64,000 nucleotides of DNA. Source: an uncultured Candidatus Saccharibacteria bacterium (lineage in GTDB: Bacteria; Patescibacteriota; Minisyncoccia; Portnoybacterales; UBA2143). The stretch's first letter is position 1. Every line of letters begins with the position of its first letter. Below are positions 59,327 to 64,000 of this stretch, in pieces. The stretch spans positions 459 to 64,458 of the forward strand of contig CAYPQZ010000014.1 in the NCBI GenBank assembly GCA_964413015.1, given 5' to 3'. The notes below the pieces were generated by a model that saw only the letters and a program-made list of their open reading frames with translations, was not told the origin of the DNA and did no database searches. The translations under genes and the position numbers were made by a program.

Positions 59327-60850
59327 TTGAAAAAGTTAGTTACTTATAACGGTAGCATGTCTGGCTTCCTAAATGGGAATAGCTACCGTTATATGAATAA
59401 AGAATTAGGAACATTTAATGAGATAATAGAAGAAGCAAAGAAGAATAAAACATTTAATACGGGGTCAATAGTACCTAATGAAAGCGAAGTAGAAGAAATG
59501 GAAAGAGATGATGAATATTCAAGAGAAGAAAAGAAAAAGAAAATCATAAAAGCTAAAGCAAAAATTAAAGATAATATTAAGCAGAAAAAGAAAGTGCAAA
59601 AATTACTTTTAAATCCAAGGTTACTTTATAACATAAAAAGTCAATTTGAGAAATTAGGGATTGCTGGAGAAACTAGAAATTCTTTAATGATTTATTTGGC
59701 TCTAACAAGTCGAATGATGGACAAACCAATAAGTATAGTTAATAAAGGTGATTCTTCTTCCGGTAAATCTTATATGATTAATTTGATTCTAAGGCTTTTT
59801 CCTAAAAACGCTTATATTGAAATGACTGCCGCAACTGCTCAAAGCTTTTATCATGCTGGAAAGGATGATTTTAAACATAAGATTATTATTATTTATGAGA
59901 GAAAGGGCTCAGAGAATAGCGATTATTCAATTCGTTCTTTTCAATCCGAAGGAAATTTAAAGCTTCAAATTACAGTGAAGAATAAAAAAACAGGCAATTT
60001 CGAAGTTAAACGCAAAGAGGTACTCGGGCCAGTTGGCTTTTTAACAACTACTACTGATCCACACATTCATGATGAAAATGAAACCAGGGTTTTTAGCCTA
60101 TACACCAATGAGAGTGTAATACAAACGGCAAGAATATTTAAAGCAAGTAGTGCGGGATATAAAGGAATTAATCCAATTAGTAATCTCAGATTAAAGAAAT
60201 TTAAAAAACTCCAGCGATTATTAAAAACATATAAGATTTCAATTCCTTATGTGGACGACCTAATAAGCGTTTTCCCTCATAAACCAGTTAGAGTTAGAAG
60301 AGATTTTCCAAGATTTCTTACTTTAATATCGGTTGTTACTTTACTACACCAACATCAAAGAGAAAAAAAAATTATTAAAAAAGAAGAATATTTAGTGTCA
60401 AGTCTAGCTGATTATTATATCGCCAAGATTATCGCTGAAAGAATGTTAAAGCAAACTATTTTTGAGATAGCTCCAAAGACAAAACAAGTTATTAAAGTCG
60501 CCAAAAAGATTATTAATTTAAAAATTAAAAAGCAAACCCTAAATGCTAAGAGTGGGATAAGTGTAATGGCCGGGCTAAATCCAACCTTTAATATTACAGA
60601 ATTAGCCAGAAAGATTGGATGGGAGTATAAAACAACTTACAAATGGTTCAAACCAGCGTTAGAGAAAGGTTATTTTACCATAGAAGAAGAACAGAGAGGT
60701 AGACAAGCTGCAACGTATAAAATCAATAAAATGAAAAATAATCAAATAATATTGCCAGAGGTTAATAATATGATTAAGAAATATCCGCTTAATAAAGAAA
60801 GAATCTATAATCCAATTACAGGAGAATACTTGGATTTAGGTAAAAAGTGA
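59327..60850 (+). CDS. P-loop NTPase of mobile-element primase/helicase type with C-terminal wHTH (start uncertain)
   Basis: GIAGE..N...IYLALTSR...PIS...KGDSSSGKS, R..QSEG.L, GPVGFLTTTT...DENETR, RVRRD. Confidence 0.75.
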   Translation: MKKLVTYNGSMSGFLNGNSYRYMNKELGTFNEIIEEAKKNKTFNTGSIVPNESEVEEMERDDEYSREEKKKKIIKAKAKIKDNIKQKKKVQKLLLNPRLLYNIKSQFEKLGIAGETRNSLMIYLALTSRMMDKPISIVNKGDSSSGKSYMINLILRLFPKNAYIEMTAATAQSFYHAGKDDFKHKIIIIYERKGSENSDYSIRSFQSEGNLKLQITVKNKKTGNFEVKRKEVLGPVGFLTTTTDPHIHDENETRVFSLYTNESVIQTARIFKASSAGYKGINPISNLRLKKFKKLQRLLKTYKISIPYVDDLISVFPHKPVRVRRDFPRFLTLISVVTLLHQHQREKKIIKKEEYLVSSLADYYIAKIIAERMLKQTIFEIAPKTKQVIKVAKKIINLKIKKQTLNAKSGISVMAGLNPTFNITELARKIGWEYKTTYKWFKPALEKGYFTIEEEQRGRQAATYKINKMKNNQIILPEVNNMIKKYPLNKERIYNPITGEYLDLGKK

Positions 60851-61261
60851 TGAGGTTCTTGTAGGTATGTTTTATGGATACGGAATAACCAACTTGCACT
60901 TTTATAAGAAAATAAACTTAATATTTTGTTACTACACTTCTATAAGAATGAACAAGAGAATATTAGTTTAATGGCTCTATTAATCAATTAAAAATAAAAA
61001 AAGTGGAAGTAGAGATTTCTATATTTACAAAAACATATCCATAAAGCTTTTGTATTGTACGTAGAAGCGTAGTAACAAATAAAAATATGGATAATTCTAA
61101 TATTATATGAAAAAAAAGAAGCAAAAAGAAAAAGAATCTTTAAGAATTAAGAGATTAAAAGCTAAAAATAGAAGAGACATTGGATATTCAATGGTTGATT
61201 TACTTCCTTTAAGCTTGAGTATTAGTAAAAAATTGAATAAGAAATAGTTTTATATTAATCC

Positions 61262-61810
61262 ATGAATAACAAATCTGTCAGAAATCGTCAGAAAATAACA
61301 CCAAAACAAATAGATTACTGGACGGAACCAAAACGGCAACTTTTTGAAATGGTTCTTGAAAGTTCTTTAAAGCGTCATGAGATGGCCAAGGAACTTAATA
61401 TAAGTACTAGAACGGTTCAAAGATGGATTAAGGATCCTTCGTTCCATGAGGCCTTAAGCATGAGCTCTGATGCTTGGAAAATGCAGATTACAGCACGGCG
61501 CTTAGATCTTATTAAAGAGCTTATAAAAGGATTAAGAAAAAGAATGGAAATATCAATAAATCAGGTATCTCCAGAAGTTTTACTAACAGAATATAGAAAG
61601 CTTTTATTTGATATCCCATTGAGAATATCTTCGGTTGCTATTCAACAAAATGTTTTCCCTAAAAAAATAACATCGCTTCCATGTTTATCTCCTAAAAAAA
61701 TAAAAATTGTAGAAAAAGCTGTTTTAAAATCACAGGGATATAACGAATTAAATGTCTCAAAAGAAGATATAGAAGCTGTTAGGAAAGAAAATGCATTAAA
61801 TAAACAGTAG
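61262..61810 (+). CDS. HTH protein (phage terminase small subunit-like N-terminus)
   Basis: EMAKELNISTRTVQRWIKDP.F helix-turn-helix. Confidence 0.65.
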   Translation: MNNKSVRNRQKITPKQIDYWTEPKRQLFEMVLESSLKRHEMAKELNISTRTVQRWIKDPSFHEALSMSSDAWKMQITARRLDLIKELIKGLRKRMEISINQVSPEVLLTEYRKLLFDIPLRISSVAIQQNVFPKKITSLPCLSPKKIKIVEKAVLKSQGYNELNVSKEDIEAVRKENALNKQ

Positions 61811-61862
61811 TGTAAGCGCAAGAAAAGATTCTTTTTCTTAAAAATTAATAAGAGAAAAATAA

Positions 61863-61900
61863 AAAAAGACCGACAGGGTATTAGCCCATCGGCCTTTCTT
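61863..61900. terminator. Bidirectional terminator between convergent operons
   Basis: aaaaagaccga..ggg tatta gccc..tcggcctttctt. Confidence 0.55.
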
Positions 61901-61912
61901 GCTTCTCAGCGA

Positions 61913-62278
61913 CTAGAAGGGGAGATCTTCAATTTTTTCTATAACAGGAATTTCTCCAATTTCGTCAATCTGTTTTGTGAAATTACATCCAGGATAGGTA
62001 ATACATCCAAGGAAAGGACCATTTTTACCACGCCTTAATACCATTGGAGCTCCACATTTTTCGCAAAGCTGTTCTTCTTTGTTTTTCTTTTTATCATTAT
62101 TTGCTGTCATATTGCCATTAAATACTTTCTTTAAATCTTTGTATAGCTTATCGGCTTCTTGAACTGAATCTGCGCGAATATTTATCATTAGCGATTTTCT
62201 AATCACCTTCCCATCTGGTTTTTTATCAATTGTCTCATTTATCTGAATTCGATTAAAATCATGATTAATTGTAGCCAT
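61913..62278 (-). CDS. Topoisomerase-type C4 Zn-ribbon protein with SSB-like acidic tail
   Basis: CEKCGAPMVLRRGKNGPFLGCITYPGC; C-terminal EDLPF. Confidence 0.8.
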   Translation of the reverse strand: MATINHDFNRIQINETIDKKPDGKVIRKSLMINIRADSVQEADKLYKDLKKVFNGNMTANNDKKKNKEEQLCEKCGAPMVLRRGKNGPFLGCITYPGCNFTKQIDEIGEIPVIEKIEDLPF

Positions 62279-62375
62279 AATTTTTATTAGAATAAATTAA
62301 TTGATTATTTCTAATTAAGCTGTTCGACTTTTTAGAATTGTAAATTCTAACAGCTTACAAGATAAAAGCGTAATC

Positions 62376-62768
62376 TTACTTTTCTTTTTCAATCAGCTTT
62401 AGCATTTTCATTGATAGCCATTTTCTTTTGTTAAAGATAATATGATCGTAAAGTTCAATATCTAGGATCTCGCCAGCTTTCTTTAATCTTTGCGTGACTT
62501 CTATATCATCCTGCGATGGTTCAAGATCACTGCTTGGATGATTGTGCAGTACAATTATCATCTTTGCTGAATTCATCACTGCTGGTTTAAATGTTTCTCT
62601 TGGATGGACGAGACAAGCATTGAGAGTTCCTAAACTAATCAATTCTGCTTTTGTAATCTTTGTTCGTGAGTCAAAATAGATTCCAATAAAATGCTCTTTA
62701 TACCAATCGGTTATTAATGTTCTAGCTATTCTTACTGATTCAATTGGATGATCAATAATTTTAGCCAT
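62376..62768 (-). CDS. radC: RadC-like JAB domain protein
   Basis: GTLN..LVHPRETFK, HNHPS...PSQDD, DHII. Confidence 0.9.
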   Translation of the reverse strand: MAKIIDHPIESVRIARTLITDWYKEHFIGIYFDSRTKITKAELISLGTLNACLVHPRETFKPAVMNSAKMIIVLHNHPSSDLEPSQDDIEVTQRLKKAGEILDIELYDHIIFNKRKWLSMKMLKLIEKEK

Positions 62769-62794
62769 AATATTTTCCTTTCTCCCTTGCGGGA

Positions 62795-62980
62795 TTAGTA
62801 TTCTATATCAATCGCAAAATTGTGATTGTTGACCTTATCACATGCATCTTCCCAAAGCTTGAACCATTCCTGATTTGTCTTTGGTTTTTCTCTTTTTTCT
62901 TCTTCAAGGATTGAGTCCATGGTTTCAACAATAATCTTATTCTTTGTTTCCGAATCAAGGTCATGAAAGTAAATTTTCAT
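62795..62980 (-). CDS. Small hypothetical protein
   Basis: Strong SD GGAGGTG upstream; co-oriented in the operon. Confidence 0.7.
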   Translation of the reverse strand: MKIYFHDLDSETKNKIIVETMDSILEEEKREKPKTNQEWFKLWEDACDKVNNHNFAIDIEY

Positions 62981-63051
62981 TTTTTTTCACCTCCCTTCTT
63001 TTATTTGCCAGGTATCGACCTACCCGGCTTTAATTAATTTATCGACTTTTT

Positions 63052-63258
63052 TTAGCTAACGCAGTGAACGTTTCTTTCAATATCTTTTCTATCTAGTTCT
63101 ACTAATGAAGGATGTTTCATTAATTTTTCAACCGCATCCTTTTTGTCATCAGCTTTTATCTCAATTTCAAAGTCTGAAGCTGCGCAATGGCTTTTTAAAA
63201 AACAGGCATAAATCTTTTGCCTGCTTTTTGATCTCTTAGTCATATTTATCATCACCAC
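63052..63258 (-). CDS. Small hypothetical protein
   Basis: SD-like AAAGGTG around the start; first gene of the leftward operon. Confidence 0.6.
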   Translation of the reverse strand: MVMINMTKRSKSRQKIYACFLKSHCAASDFEIEIKADDKKDAVEKLMKHPSLVELDRKDIERNVHCVS

Positions 63259-63278
63259 CTTTCTTGGTTATTTAGGAA

Positions 63279-63516
63279 ATACTCTAGCTAAAAGAATTTC
63301 ATTCAATATATTTACTTCGCTCAAACCATTTCCAAATTACTCCCAAGACCCCGCGTTTTGCTTAAGCGATAACAACGCTGTATCAATAGCCAAGCTTTCG
63401 TCTGGAAATTTGAGTAGTAAAATTTATTAAGGAACTGGATTTTAATATTATTTAAAAAAGCAAAAACAGGGATATGTTTAAAGTTGGACTTTAAAATCCT
63501 TAAATAATAATTTTCT
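63279..63516 (-). repeat. ~235-nt non-coding element, left copy
   Basis: Reverse complement aligns block by block with 63611-63832. Confidence 0.85.
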
Positions 63517-63610
63517 GGTCCACGCTAAGAAGATAATATCTAAATCTTTTAGTGGATTTTAATTTAGAAAACATATTTTGAGGGACTCAAAATTGTTGCT
63601 AAATTAAAAA

Positions 63611-63832
63611 AGAAAATTATTATTTAACTCAAAGGAATAAAACTTTAAACATATTTCAGTTTTTGCTATAATTTTTTATTAAAATCAGTTTCTTATTTAA
63701 ATTTCTACTCAAATTTTACAGATGAAAGCGTATGGCTTTACAGTGTTGTTATGTTTAAGCAAGACGCTTTGGATGTAATTTGGAATATATGGTTTCGAAG
63801 TAAATATATTAATGAAAAATTGATAGAGTATT
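63611..63832 (+). repeat. ~220-nt non-coding element, right copy
   Basis: Shared blocks agaaaattattatttaa, aactttaaacatat, gtttttgct, tactcaaattt, gtaatttggaa, cgaagtaaatatatt, tagagtatt. Confidence 0.85.
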
Positions 63833-64000
63833 GGTTTTGATTGAAGTAAATAAGGATGCAATAAAAAAAAATAGAGATTACTCTCTATTTTTTAATATCC
63901 ATTCCCCCCAGAGGTTATTTTTCAGAGATATTTAATTAGTACTCTGTGCGAAAAATTTCTGTTTTTGTTAAAATTTCAGGCCTAACTCTTGAAATTATTA

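Larger units (their letters stand above)
56570..64000. mobile_element. AT-rich integrated element (two tyrosine recombinases, replication-type ATPase, RadC); right end outside the window
   Basis: Visible shift to AT-rich sequence after 16S, mobile-element gene content, loss of housekeeping synteny; left boundary approximate. Confidence 0.8.

Noticed and set aside
63700-63760. Hammerhead ribozyme or known riboswitch in the inverted repeats
   Set aside because: CAGAYGAAAG only partly resembles the CUGAUGA/GAAA core and the required three-stem junction was not found

Overview
Chromosomal segment of a Patescibacteria/CPR bacterium, most like Parcubacteria. Indicators are no rpmD between rpsE and rplO, no rplA after rplK, CPR-type 16S primer-site variants and CPR-type pilins; TGA is used as stop. 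Positions 1-54,000 are mostly housekeeping genes (spc operon tail, thrS, dnaE, ligA, gatCAB, pheST, gyrB, secE-nusG-rplK, glyA-folD, miaAB, tpiA-pgk, recJ, RNase P RNA, a glycosyltransferase cluster, murJ, lepA, an N-terminally shortened RF2, ftsEX, rpmF-nusB-rnc-rpsP-khpA-trmD) plus six tRNAs. This part is peppered with several families of small palindromic or heptamer repeats, some inserted in frame into genes such as pheS and miaB or into structural RNAs. A 16S rRNA gene (~54,097-56,566) is interrupted by a 968-nt group II intron with IIC-like motifs. EBS1/IBS1, domain V and the branch-point A are all visible, and it encodes a LAGLIDADG endonuclease instead of a reverse transcriptase. No 23S gene follows. 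Instead an AT-rich integrated element runs to the window end. It carries two paralogous tyrosine recombinases with similar hairpin leaders, a Com-like Zn-finger gene between them, a P-loop replication-type ATPase with a candidate origin, HTH, Zn-ribbon and RadC genes, and a pair of diverged ~230-nt inverted non-coding repeats that look like two copies of an unrecognised structured RNA or leader. All calls are by eye; no database searches were run.
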